A stretch of 64,000 bases of DNA from a virus. The notes below the pieces were generated by a model. The model saw only the letters and a program-made list of their open reading frames with translations. It was not told the DNA's origin and searched no databases. A program made the position numbers and the translations under genes. The DNA lies in IMG/VR virus record IMGVR_UViG_3300032288_004022, positions 1 to 64,000 of that record; one strand, given 5' to 3'. Positions 49,557 to 58,284 of the stretch are shown here, piece by piece (the stretch's first letter is position 1; every line of letters starts with the position of its first letter).

Positions 49557-50579
49557 ATGAGTGCAATTCGTGTTTTGCGTGGTGTGTATCGCAATCAGCC
49601 TGTGCAAGATGTTTCGTTTACTCTTGTCAAAGGGTTTCAGACTGGTGCCAAAGGCGGGTTTGTTACGGTAAAAAATGAGGGACAGTTCCCCGGTTTTGCA
49701 CCCACCATCCGTATTACCATTGACAACATCGCTGACATCGAGTATACTAACGGCATGACACAAGACAATACCGTACATTTTGAGAAGCCCGCCCCTGTTG
49801 CGGAGTCCGATGAAGAAGCAATGACTCGTATCCGCGAGCGTTTTGAAATCCTGACTGAAATGACCAAGGCCACTGTGAGCGGCGACATCCGTGCCATGAT
49901 TGTGTCGGGGCCCCCTGGCGTTGGCAAGAGCTTTGGCGTTGAAACCGAAATTGAAAAGGCTTGCCTTTTTGACAAACTGGCCGGCAAGCGACTGCGTGCC
50001 GAAGTTGTCAAAGGCTCGGCTACCCCGATTGGCTTGTTCCAAACCCTGTACAAATACTCGGATGAGAATTGTGTTATTGTGTTTGACGACTGTGATAGCA
50101 TTTTGCTGGACGACGTGGCTCTTAACTTACTGAAGGGTGCTCTTGACTCCGGCAAAAAGCGTACCATTTCGTGGTTGAGTGAGAGCAGTGCTCTGCGCCG
50201 CGAAGGTATCCCGGATCGTTTTGAATTCAAAGGCTCGGTGATCTTTATCACCAACTTGAAGTTTGACAAAATGAAATCGCAGAAATTGCGTGATCACTTG
50301 GACGCACTGCAATCGCGCTGTCATTATCTGGACCTGACCTTGGACACCATGCGTGACAAACTGTTGCGCATCAAGCAGATTGCCAAGGACGGTGTGCTGT
50401 TTGCAGACTATGACTTTGAAGAAGCTGTGCAAGACGACATCATTGACTTCATGCATGTCAACAAGGATCGACTGCGTGAAGTGAGCCTGCGCATGGCGCT
50501 GAAGATTGCAGACTTGCGTAAGCTGTCTGTGCTGAACTGGAAGCGCCTGGCAGAAACCACTTGCATGAAGACTGCCTAA
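49557..50579 (+). CDS. AAA+ ATPase
   Basis: GPPGVGKS, IVFDDCD, FITN, LQSRC; start 49557 after AAGGAGCC. Confidence 0.85.
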   Translation: MSAIRVLRGVYRNQPVQDVSFTLVKGFQTGAKGGFVTVKNEGQFPGFAPTIRITIDNIADIEYTNGMTQDNTVHFEKPAPVAESDEEAMTRIRERFEILTEMTKATVSGDIRAMIVSGPPGVGKSFGVETEIEKACLFDKLAGKRLRAEVVKGSATPIGLFQTLYKYSDENCVIVFDDCDSILLDDVALNLLKGALDSGKKRTISWLSESSALRREGIPDRFEFKGSVIFITNLKFDKMKSQKLRDHLDALQSRCHYLDLTLDTMRDKLLRIKQIAKDGVLFADYDFEEAVQDDIIDFMHVNKDRLREVSLRMALKIADLRKLSVLNWKRLAETTCMKTA

Positions 50580-50594
50580 ACACGATAGAGTTAT

Positions 50595-50658
50595 ACTGGG
50601 CATTGGTTGGCTCCGGCCCAGTTTTAACAGGTACCCCTAAAAAGGTACCTGTTTTTTT
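50595..50658 (+). ncRNA. Candidate anti-RBS small RNA (hairpin with antisense loop plus terminator)
   Basis: Stem ACTGGGC/GCCCAGT, loop ATTGGTTGGCTCCG complementary to GGAGCC..ATG starts; terminator follows. Confidence 0.6.
50626..50658 (+). terminator. Intrinsic terminator
   Basis: AACAGGTACC...GGTACCTGTT followed by a T run. Confidence 0.85.
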
Positions 50659-50685
50659 GACTTTGTCCAGCAATAAGTATATAAT
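50657..50685 (+). promoter_or_regulatory. sigma70-type promoter, leaderless geometry
   Basis: TTGACT-17-TATAAT, ATG 6 nt downstream. Confidence 0.7.
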
Positions 50686-50691
50686 AATAAC

Positions 50692-51231
50692 ATGTCTGAA
50701 CAAATACTAGGAAAATCTGTAACCGTGATTGCCCCAACCAATCTTTACAAGTGGGCAAGAGTCTGGGGAAGAATCCAAAAAGGATATTATCAAGATACTG
50801 TTTATCTTCGTAGAGAAAAACAGATAGAAGATTTTGTGATCCTTAATCAGTTTGCAAATCTCTACATCGAAAAAGACACTGACATTTTAGAAAATTTAAC
50901 CTCGGTAGCACAGCCCAACCAAGCCGATTTGATCATAATCACCGATCAAAAGTTCAGCAGATTGCCATGTCCTGCATTAATTGACAAGATTGAATCCTTG
51001 CTTGATCAGTGCCCGAGAATGTTTGTTTGCCTGAACAGGCACTACATCAACATTGACAGTAGTTTTGTTGATCCAACAGTTGATGATCATTACCCATTGG
51101 CAATTACTCAATGGCTTGTTAAAAATCTACCCACAGCTAGAGTATTAGATTTAAGCTTGGATTATTTAGACTGTGGCGATTGGTTCACTTGGGTAGTGCC
51201 TGACAGAATGTATTTTATAGAACGCACATGA
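50692..51231 (+). CDS. Hypothetical protein
   Basis: ORF with promoter; AT-rich. Confidence 0.6.
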   Translation: MSEQILGKSVTVIAPTNLYKWARVWGRIQKGYYQDTVYLRREKQIEDFVILNQFANLYIEKDTDILENLTSVAQPNQADLIIITDQKFSRLPCPALIDKIESLLDQCPRMFVCLNRHYINIDSSFVDPTVDDHYPLAITQWLVKNLPTARVLDLSLDYLDCGDWFTWVVPDRMYFIERT

Positions 51232-51911
51232 GATTGGTTGAACAAATATATTCGTCGGAGCACAAAGAAAATTTTCAAACACGATATATCAAGTATCGTG
51301 CTGGAAGATTAAAGCATCAGTATTGGTTATGGAATCGAAAAAGATCCAACAAAGTAATTGATCAATATGATGCTAAAATTTTAAAAAATTGCAAACCGGG
51401 AACCATTGCATTTTTTGCAAGCGCCGGATACTACCTCAAAGAAATTTGGCCGCATATAGACTCGTTAGAAACACACCCAGTAGTCAAAGAGTTTTGTCCC
51501 AATGTAATCTTGATCAAATCAAGGCAAAAACTTTTACTAGATACGCCAAACAAATATGATAATTTTGCTGTGGTAAACAATCGCGGTGATCATTGGGTCA
51601 ATATTGATGGTCTTACACAGCATCTGTTGGCTTATACACAGATTCTCAATCCTGGTGCCAGAGTATTTTACAGTTTTAGAGACACACAAATACAATACAA
51701 TAGATTAAAAGTAGACAGTGTTGAATACTTTATGTCTTGGGCCAAGAGTCTTGACAAGATTGGATTAACTCTGGCCCGGTCTGACATTGCTTTTAAAAAG
51801 AAAGTCAAGGACGGGGCCGGGAATTATGATGCCTTCGAAAATCCCGATACTGTCAACGGCAATTTGAAATTCTGGTTTGTGTATAAGGGACAGCCGTGGA
51901 ACATCCAGTAA
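51228..51911 (+). CDS. Hypothetical protein, possibly methyltransferase-fold
   Basis: FFASAGYY...ILNPGARVFY. Confidence 0.45.
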   Translation: MRLVEQIYSSEHKENFQTRYIKYRAGRLKHQYWLWNRKRSNKVIDQYDAKILKNCKPGTIAFFASAGYYLKEIWPHIDSLETHPVVKEFCPNVILIKSRQKLLLDTPNKYDNFAVVNNRGDHWVNIDGLTQHLLAYTQILNPGARVFYSFRDTQIQYNRLKVDSVEYFMSWAKSLDKIGLTLARSDIAFKKKVKDGAGNYDAFENPDTVNGNLKFWFVYKGQPWNIQ

Positions 51912-52414
51912 TAGTTTGTTTTGTTGGTGGCACTGCTGGTGATATAGTTACCCAAATTTTAGATCCAGCCGAATTATGTTTGTCCAGACAAAAATTAAAA
52001 AAACCTCATTTGTTTGTGAATGACCAAGACAAAGATTTGTTTCTTAACACAGCAAAATGGAACAGTGTCCCTAGTCATGATTTTGATTATCACCGAACAC
52101 ACAATCACAATGTGCTGGGCATAGTATGCCGATACATGCCTGACGCTGTATGGGCGGCAACAAGATTCAAAAAACTACACAGGCCTCATGTGTGGAAAGA
52201 AATGACTGTATTTTGCGGAGCAGACACAGTGGAAGCGTATGCTCAAGCAATCTTGGATTTTGGTAACATGCTTGCAGACTACACCAGTAATGTGTTATAT
52301 TTAGATGATGTCATCAACGGCAACGCAGTGCATCGCATTCAAGAATTGGGATATCAAACTCCAGGTCAAGATTGCTACGACGAATGGATCAACAAAATCA
52401 AAAATCTTTGTTAA
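51896..52414 (+). CDS. Hypothetical protein, possibly sulfotransferase/P-loop-like
   Basis: VCFVGGTAGD, PSHD. Confidence 0.4.
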   Translation: MEHPVIVCFVGGTAGDIVTQILDPAELCLSRQKLKKPHLFVNDQDKDLFLNTAKWNSVPSHDFDYHRTHNHNVLGIVCRYMPDAVWAATRFKKLHRPHVWKEMTVFCGADTVEAYAQAILDFGNMLADYTSNVLYLDDVINGNAVHRIQELGYQTPGQDCYDEWINKIKNLC

Positions 52415-52432
52415 AGTTACAAGAAGCAACTC

Positions 52433-53902
52433 ATGAAAACGTGTACCATAATATTAAAAGATGAAGTAAATATCCGACTGGAAGGACTAGATCTAGATGC
52501 TCGCAAGGCCTTGGTCACGGCTTTTAAATATGATGTACCTTATGCTAGATATCTTCCGGCAGTGAGACTGGGACGCTGGGACGGAAAGGTCTCGTACTTC
52601 CAACTTGGTGGTAGCAGTTATACAAACTTGCTGCCCGAGATTGTTCCCATACTTGAGAAGTTCAATTACGACATTGAACTGGATGATCAAAGAGATTACT
52701 CCACCACATTTGAGTTTGAACAGGTGCGTGAAGACTCATTTGCACATGTGAAATGGCCCAAAGGACATCCTGCCGCTGGTGAACCCATCATGATGCGCGA
52801 CTATCAAGTTGAGATTGTCAACAACTTCTTGGCCAATCCGCAATGCCTGCAGGAAGTGGCCACAGGTGCAGGTAAAACCATAATGACAGCGGCCTTGAGC
52901 AATGCTGTTGCGCCGTATGGACGCTCAATCGTTATTGTGCCCAACAAGAGTCTTGTGACACAGACAGAAAAAGACTACATCAACATGGAGCAGGATGTGG
53001 GTGTGTTCTTTGGCGACAGAAAAGAGTGGGGTCGTACACATACTATTTGTACTTGGCAGAGTTTGAATGTGCTGTTGAAGAATACCAAGGCCGGGGTTGG
53101 TGATTGTACCATTGACGAGTTCCTAGAAGGGGTGGTGTGCGTTATTGTAGACGAAGTACACATGGCCAAGGCAGATGCGCTGAAAACCTTGTTGACTGGG
53201 GTGATGTCTAGAGTGCCAATTCGCTGGGGTTTGACTGGAACCATACCCAAAGAGAAGTTTGAAAGCCAGGCCCTGTTGGTGGGCCTAGGTCCTGTGATTG
53301 GGCGCCTTAGCGCCAACGAATTGCAACAACAAGGTGTTTTGGCCAACTGTCACGTGAATATTGTGCAGTTGGTGGATCACGTGGAGTACAAAGAGTACCA
53401 ATCAGAACTCAAATACTTGCTGGAAGAGTCGGGCCGATTGGATACCATGGCTGACCTCATACGCCGAGTAAATGAAACAGGTAATACTTTGGTGCTCGTG
53501 GACCGAGTGGCCGCAGGACACGCATTAGTAGAACGCCTGGGTGATCGCGCTGTGTTTGTATCGGGCGCAACCAAAGCAAAAGACAGACAAGATGAATATG
53601 ATGAAGTTGCAGACAGCACTGACAAGATTATTGTGGCTACCTATGGTGTTGCCGCTGTGGGTATTAATATCCCTAGGATTTTTAATCTGGTTCTTATTGA
53701 GCCCGGAAAAAGTTTTGTCCGTGTTATCCAGAGCATTGGCCGCGGCATAAGAAAAGCAGAAGACAAAGATCATGTTCAAATTTGGGACATTACTAGCACC
53801 TGTAAGTTTGCCAAACGACATCTGACCAAACGCAAGCAGTTCTACCGAGAAGCCAACTATCCATTCTCAGCAGAAAAGTTGGAGTGGATGAAAATTGCTT
53901 GA
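52433..53902 (+). CDS. uvsW: SF2 helicase UvsW
   Basis: RDYQ, ATGAGKT, VDEVH, GLTGT, QSIGRGIR. Confidence 0.92.
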   Translation: MKTCTIILKDEVNIRLEGLDLDARKALVTAFKYDVPYARYLPAVRLGRWDGKVSYFQLGGSSYTNLLPEIVPILEKFNYDIELDDQRDYSTTFEFEQVREDSFAHVKWPKGHPAAGEPIMMRDYQVEIVNNFLANPQCLQEVATGAGKTIMTAALSNAVAPYGRSIVIVPNKSLVTQTEKDYINMEQDVGVFFGDRKEWGRTHTICTWQSLNVLLKNTKAGVGDCTIDEFLEGVVCVIVDEVHMAKADALKTLLTGVMSRVPIRWGLTGTIPKEKFESQALLVGLGPVIGRLSANELQQQGVLANCHVNIVQLVDHVEYKEYQSELKYLLEESGRLDTMADLIRRVNETGNTLVLVDRVAAGHALVERLGDRAVFVSGATKAKDRQDEYDEVADSTDKIIVATYGVAAVGINIPRIFNLVLIEPGKSFVRVIQSIGRGIRKAEDKDHVQIWDITSTCKFAKRHLTKRKQFYREANYPFSAEKLEWMKIA

Positions 53903-53927
53903 CTTTCCAAGATCAAAACTGTAAAAT
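53899..53927 (+). promoter_or_regulatory. sigma70-type promoter, leaderless geometry
   Basis: TTGACT-17-TAAAAT, ATG 6 nt downstream. Confidence 0.7.
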
Positions 53928-53933
53928 ACAACA

Positions 53934-54434
53934 ATGAGAATACTTACTCTTGACAACGTCTATTATGATTTAAATCAACTGCCCGAAGAAGTTGATGACA
54001 TGCGTTTTGCTATCTTGGACAACAGCAATCCACTGGACCCCGACTATCATTTCATCCCACTGATTTTTCTGGAATCGTTCAATGCTCCGGCCCTGGTACT
54101 GCGCATAGGATCAGACACAATCAAAATGCCCATGGATTGGCAAATCTTGATTGGTGAGCCCGACATTGGTGATCTAGAAGTGCTGCCACTGACTTCAATA
54201 AACGATCGCGGCTTCAAGGTATTTCAATTCAATCCACTCAGCAGCTACAGACCCAGTTTCCCCAGTATTGAAATCTTGGATGTGTACCATGAAGTCAACT
54301 GGTACGCACCCAAACTAAAGAACGGGCAGATGTTGGCAGTGCCGCTCAATGATGATCCCGAACCTGACTGTGTGTACTTTGTGAAAGATGTGAGTCGCAA
54401 TTGTGAAATAGTCAACTACAACAAGGCTTGGTAA
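53934..54434 (+). CDS. Hypothetical beta-rich protein
   Basis: Clean ORF with promoter. Confidence 0.7.
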   Translation: MRILTLDNVYYDLNQLPEEVDDMRFAILDNSNPLDPDYHFIPLIFLESFNAPALVLRIGSDTIKMPMDWQILIGEPDIGDLEVLPLTSINDRGFKVFQFNPLSSYRPSFPSIEILDVYHEVNWYAPKLKNGQMLAVPLNDDPEPDCVYFVKDVSRNCEIVNYNKAW

Positions 54435-54435
54435 C

Positions 54436-54783
54436 ATGGAAAACCTAATAGTCAACACAAACGACGTTGGCGGAGTCGTGGTCAAGGACAACGACACCTA
54501 CATGCTCAAAGACAACACCACTTTGAAACATCTTGTGCTCAGTAGTACCAAGCTTTATCGTGGGCAGCAGACTCGGGGGCACAGACATCAGGGTCAAGAA
54601 GAAGTGTATTTCTTTGTTCAAGGACACGGACGCATGATTGTGGGCAACGAAGATAGTGAGCCGTTTCAGGTAATGCCAGGAGCAATTGTGCTGATTCCCG
54701 ATGGTGCATTTCACAGAGTGATCAACGACGGTGACATCAACATGATCTTTAACTGTGTGTTTCAAGGCACAAGGAATCACTAA
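54436..54783 (+). CDS. Cupin domain protein
   Basis: TRGHRHQGQEEVYFF...IPDGAFHRV. Confidence 0.85.
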   Translation: MENLIVNTNDVGGVVVKDNDTYMLKDNTTLKHLVLSSTKLYRGQQTRGHRHQGQEEVYFFVQGHGRMIVGNEDSEPFQVMPGAIVLIPDGAFHRVINDGDINMIFNCVFQGTRNH

Positions 54784-55055
54784 TGGGCAGTCTCCGGCCT
54801 GGCGCCACATACATCTATGAGCGAGCAGATGGTGTTGTGTATGCTCGAGAGTCAGGTGCAGACCCCAGCACAAGACAGGTAATTGGAATGGATTACGATC
54901 CAAGAACCCCTGACCGACGTCCTTTGCATGATCACATCTCTGAAGACAAATTGTGGGGAGAAATACGGCGAGCTGCCCGCACCAATCCCACTTTACAGGA
55001 TGCACTGAACCGCGCTATAATGATTTACCAACTGAGTAAAACCAATGATGCCTGA
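54783..55055 (+). CDS. Hypothetical protein
   Basis: YIYERADGVVYARE; TAATG coupling. Confidence 0.7.
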   Translation: MGSLRPGATYIYERADGVVYARESGADPSTRQVIGMDYDPRTPDRRPLHDHISEDKLWGEIRRAARTNPTLQDALNRAIMIYQLSKTNDA

Positions 55056-55287
55056 AGAACAGGAAGCACACAATGAGTGGAACGATGGCCGCACAAGGTG
55101 GAAATACAAGACCTTGACTTTGCACGAGGGTGAGCTGACTGACCAACTCACCACACATGGAGTGTTTGGATGGGAACTGGCAGCAATGCACCCTGACAAA
55201 AGAAACAATTCTTCTGTAAATTGTTTTATTGTGGTAATGAAACGCCCTTTTTGGTTCGAACAGCCGCCGGAGCCATCCAATGAGTGA
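55045..55287 (+). CDS. Small DUF4177-like protein
   Basis: WKYKTL...GWEL...MKR pattern. Confidence 0.5.
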   Translation: MMPEEQEAHNEWNDGRTRWKYKTLTLHEGELTDQLTTHGVFGWELAAMHPDKRNNSSVNCFIVVMKRPFWFEQPPEPSNE

Positions 55288-55726
55288 TCGACTAAGCATT
55301 GCCAATGAAATGCGACAGTTTGACCGCAAGGCAAGATCATTCTATGACGACTTGACTCCAGAAGAGCGCAAAAAGTTTTCAAACTACTTGATGATACGTT
55401 GGGGATCATCTGTGGAAGGATCACGTGAACTACAAGAGTTCTATGTGATTGCCACCAACGAGCGACTGAACAAATACTTCTTTGATGTCAGCCGGCATCC
55501 CAAACTACAATGGCTCATGGCCACTAGTGTGAGTCCTGGTATGGGCACGCCAAGACATCCGTGGATTGCGCCAAAGAAAAAAGAAGCAGGACTCAGCGCC
55601 AAACGCAAGGCCTTGATGGCCATGTATCCCACCTACAAAGATGATGAGATTGATGTCATGGCGCAAATAACAACTCAAAAAGAAATTGACGCATACAACC
55701 GAGCTGCGGGCAACGACAAGAAATGA
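55280..55726 (+). CDS. Clamp-loader small subunit (gp62)-like protein
   Basis: FSNYLMIRWGS...NE.LN...HPKLQW...HPWI pattern and size. Confidence 0.55.
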   Translation: MSDRLSIANEMRQFDRKARSFYDDLTPEERKKFSNYLMIRWGSSVEGSRELQEFYVIATNERLNKYFFDVSRHPKLQWLMATSVSPGMGTPRHPWIAPKKKEAGLSAKRKALMAMYPTYKDDEIDVMAQITTQKEIDAYNRAAGNDKK

Positions 55727-56397
55727 CATTCACGTGCGAGTTTTGCAAAAAAGAATTTGCTAGAGAAACGTCAATAGCAGTTCACATGTGTGAGCCCAAA
55801 CGCAGACGCTTGGCTCGAGATGAACCCGGAGTGCGCATGGGTTTCCAAGCCTACATTCGATTCTATGAGACCATGCAAGGCAGTGCAAAAAACAAAACAC
55901 ACGATGATTTTTGTGAAAGTTCATACTACCGGGCATTTGTGAAATTTGGAAACTATTGTGTAAACACCAATGTTGTTGCACCTCAACGTTTCATGACCTG
56001 GCTGCTGAAAGCACAAAAGAAAATTGATCACTGGTGCAGTGACAAAGTTTACACAGAATACTTGATTGAATACCTGCGTGTGGAAGCAGTGGACGATGCC
56101 CTGGCCCGTGCAATAGAACACAGCATGCGTTGGGCAGAAGAAACAGGTAACCCTGCACATGACTGGATGCGGTATGGCAACACCAATAGTCTATGTTATG
56201 CTGTCACAGCCGGACGCATAAGTCCCTGGGTGATTTACAATTCAGAATCAGGACAAAAGTTTCTAAGCGAACTCAGCACAGAACAAGTAGCCATGGTATG
56301 GCCCTACATTGATAGTGACGCCTGGCAAAAAAAGTTTGTTAACTACCCAGCAGATCAAGAGTACGTGAAAGATATATTAAACAAGGCAGGATGGTAA
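55723..56397 (+). CDS. Zn-finger protein of the replication module
   Basis: CEFC...H.C at N-terminus; GRISPW. Confidence 0.65.
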   Translation: MTFTCEFCKKEFARETSIAVHMCEPKRRRLARDEPGVRMGFQAYIRFYETMQGSAKNKTHDDFCESSYYRAFVKFGNYCVNTNVVAPQRFMTWLLKAQKKIDHWCSDKVYTEYLIEYLRVEAVDDALARAIEHSMRWAEETGNPAHDWMRYGNTNSLCYAVTAGRISPWVIYNSESGQKFLSELSTEQVAMVWPYIDSDAWQKKFVNYPADQEYVKDILNKAGW

Positions 56398-56398
56398 C

Positions 56399-56746
56399 AT
56401 GATTAGAAACATCACAGCAGGCCTGGGCATTCACATTTCAGGCAATAATTACAGCACACCTTACGTTGACATGGCTCGACCCAGTGCGGGCATGGTTCGA
56501 TGCAACGGATCAAGTATTGAAGTATACGATGGATCAACCTGGTTAATGCTGAGTTCAAATATTCCACAGATTGAACTAGACGGAGTGACACAGGAAGCTA
56601 TTCAGTGGGTTCGGCGTAAAATGGAAGAAGAAAAACGAATGTTGGAGTTGGCAAAAAAACATCCAAGTGTAGCAGATGCATTGGCAGCGGTGACTCATGC
56701 TGAAGAACAAGTTCGAATTGTGGCGGCATTGGTAGACACAGCATGA
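56399..56746 (+). CDS. Hypothetical protein
   Basis: IEVYDGSTW; coiled C-terminus. Confidence 0.65.
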   Translation: MIRNITAGLGIHISGNNYSTPYVDMARPSAGMVRCNGSSIEVYDGSTWLMLSSNIPQIELDGVTQEAIQWVRRKMEEEKRMLELAKKHPSVADALAAVTHAEEQVRIVAALVDTA

Positions 56747-57294
56747 GTGCAGACATTGACATTGACTTTGCCAACAGAGAAACTGTGTTGAAATTGATTC
56801 AGCATGTTCCTGCACGACAAAGCAACGGAAGACGTCACAATTCTGGTGTGTATGTCACAGATATTCCTGTAGACCCTGTAAATGGCTGTGCAGCCATAGA
56901 CTATGAATCAGCCGAACAGCGCGGCTACTTCAAACTGGACTTTTTGAACATGAGTGTGTATCAGTTGATTCGTGATCAACAGCACTATGACGAAATGTTA
57001 AACACAACACCTCCATGGTCAAGACTGTGGACAGATGGACCTTGGGCCTCTCAACTGGTACACGTGGGCAATTATACAGACTTGCTACGAATGATGAAAC
57101 CAGATTCGATACCCAGGATGGCTGCTTTTATCTCAATCATTCGCCCGGGCAAAGCACATCTACAAATGAAACCCTGGGCCGAAGTATTTGCCACGGTATG
57201 GGACGGCGATGACTCACAGGGCTACACATTTAAGAAAAGCCACGCAGTTTCCTACGCGGCTCTTGTGGCCTTGCACATGAATCTCACCAACTGA
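56743..57294 (+). CDS. Miniature DNA polymerase III alpha (family C) catalytic protein
   Basis: ADIDIDF, HNSGVYV, FKLDFLN, IRPG, FKKSHAVSYA. Confidence 0.8.
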   Translation: MSADIDIDFANRETVLKLIQHVPARQSNGRRHNSGVYVTDIPVDPVNGCAAIDYESAEQRGYFKLDFLNMSVYQLIRDQQHYDEMLNTTPPWSRLWTDGPWASQLVHVGNYTDLLRMMKPDSIPRMAAFISIIRPGKAHLQMKPWAEVFATVWDGDDSQGYTFKKSHAVSYAALVALHMNLTN

Positions 57295-57295
57295 T

Positions 57296-57673
57296 TCAGT
57301 CCATTCTTCGCACCAGCGTGATTGATTTGCGTTTGGATTTTTTTCGCACAATGTCCAGCAAACTGCATGCCGGACCGTGCAGGATTTCTAGATCTTTGTT
57401 GACAAAAGTGCGTAAGGTGTAGCGGAACTGTTCCCAGTCATTGCGCAGGAATATGTTGATGGGGATTGAGCGATTGCTCTCCCACCACCATGTGCTGGCC
57501 AGTTCTAAAAACAGAATCTTGGAATTCTGATCCACCACAGTCCCAAAATCGTAGATCGTGGTCACAATGTCATCTCTGTTTTGCACAATGCCCACGTATT
57601 CTGTGTTGGCGTACACACAGAGTGTGATAAAGGGATATTTTTCTGTCAATTTTTCAAATATATTGTTACCCAT
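57296..57673 (-). CDS. Hypothetical protein
   Basis: YPFIT...EYVGIVQN...WWWESNRSIPINIFL. Confidence 0.7.
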   Translation of the reverse strand: MGNNIFEKLTEKYPFITLCVYANTEYVGIVQNRDDIVTTIYDFGTVVDQNSKILFLELASTWWWESNRSIPINIFLRNDWEQFRYTLRTFVNKDLEILHGPACSLLDIVRKKSKRKSITLVRRMD

Positions 57674-57762
57674 GCCGCGTCTATTTTAATTCTTACTAAA
57701 TATAGGTGTAGTTCGCGATACTGGAAATATCCAACTACTCTATGATTGAAAGGAATCACAGC

Positions 57763-58281
57763 ATGACTACTTATACCAGAAACAGTCCGCCGGTTGGATA
57801 CTATGTATACGCTTACCTGAGAGAAGATGCCACGCCTTACTACATTGGAAAAGGCACAGGATCACGTGCATGGGCAGATCATAATTTAATCGCTGTTCCA
57901 CCAAACAACAGAATAGTAATAGTTGAACAAAATCTAACAGATCTTGGTGCCCTAGCGATTGAAAGACGACTAATACGCTGGTACGGCAGAAAAAATATTA
58001 AGACAGGAATTTTACGAAATTTCACAGACGGAGGAGATGGATCTGAAGGAAGAATAACGTCGGACACCACAAAACAAAAAATCACTAGTGCAAAATCTGG
58101 CAAGAAACGAACAGATACTGTTTGGAACAAAGGTGTTAAGTATGGCCTCGAAATTAAGCGTAAACTTGATATTTCAGGATTGGCAAAAGGACAGGGGTGG
58201 AACAAGGGAAAATCACTAAGCGAAGAGCATAAAGCAAACCTCAAGAAGGCATGGGAACGACGCAAGGCAACCGCTAAATAA
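57763..58281 (+). mobile_element. Free-standing GIY-YIG-like homing endonuclease with NUMOD3-like repeats
   Basis: [17 protein letters not shown]...R...E..LI..YGR...LRN.TDGG; WNKG repeats; structured leader. Confidence 0.8.
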
Positions 58282-58284
58282 TAG

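Noticed and set aside
56743-57294. Split-intein DnaE
   Set aside because: No intein N- or C-terminal motifs at either end
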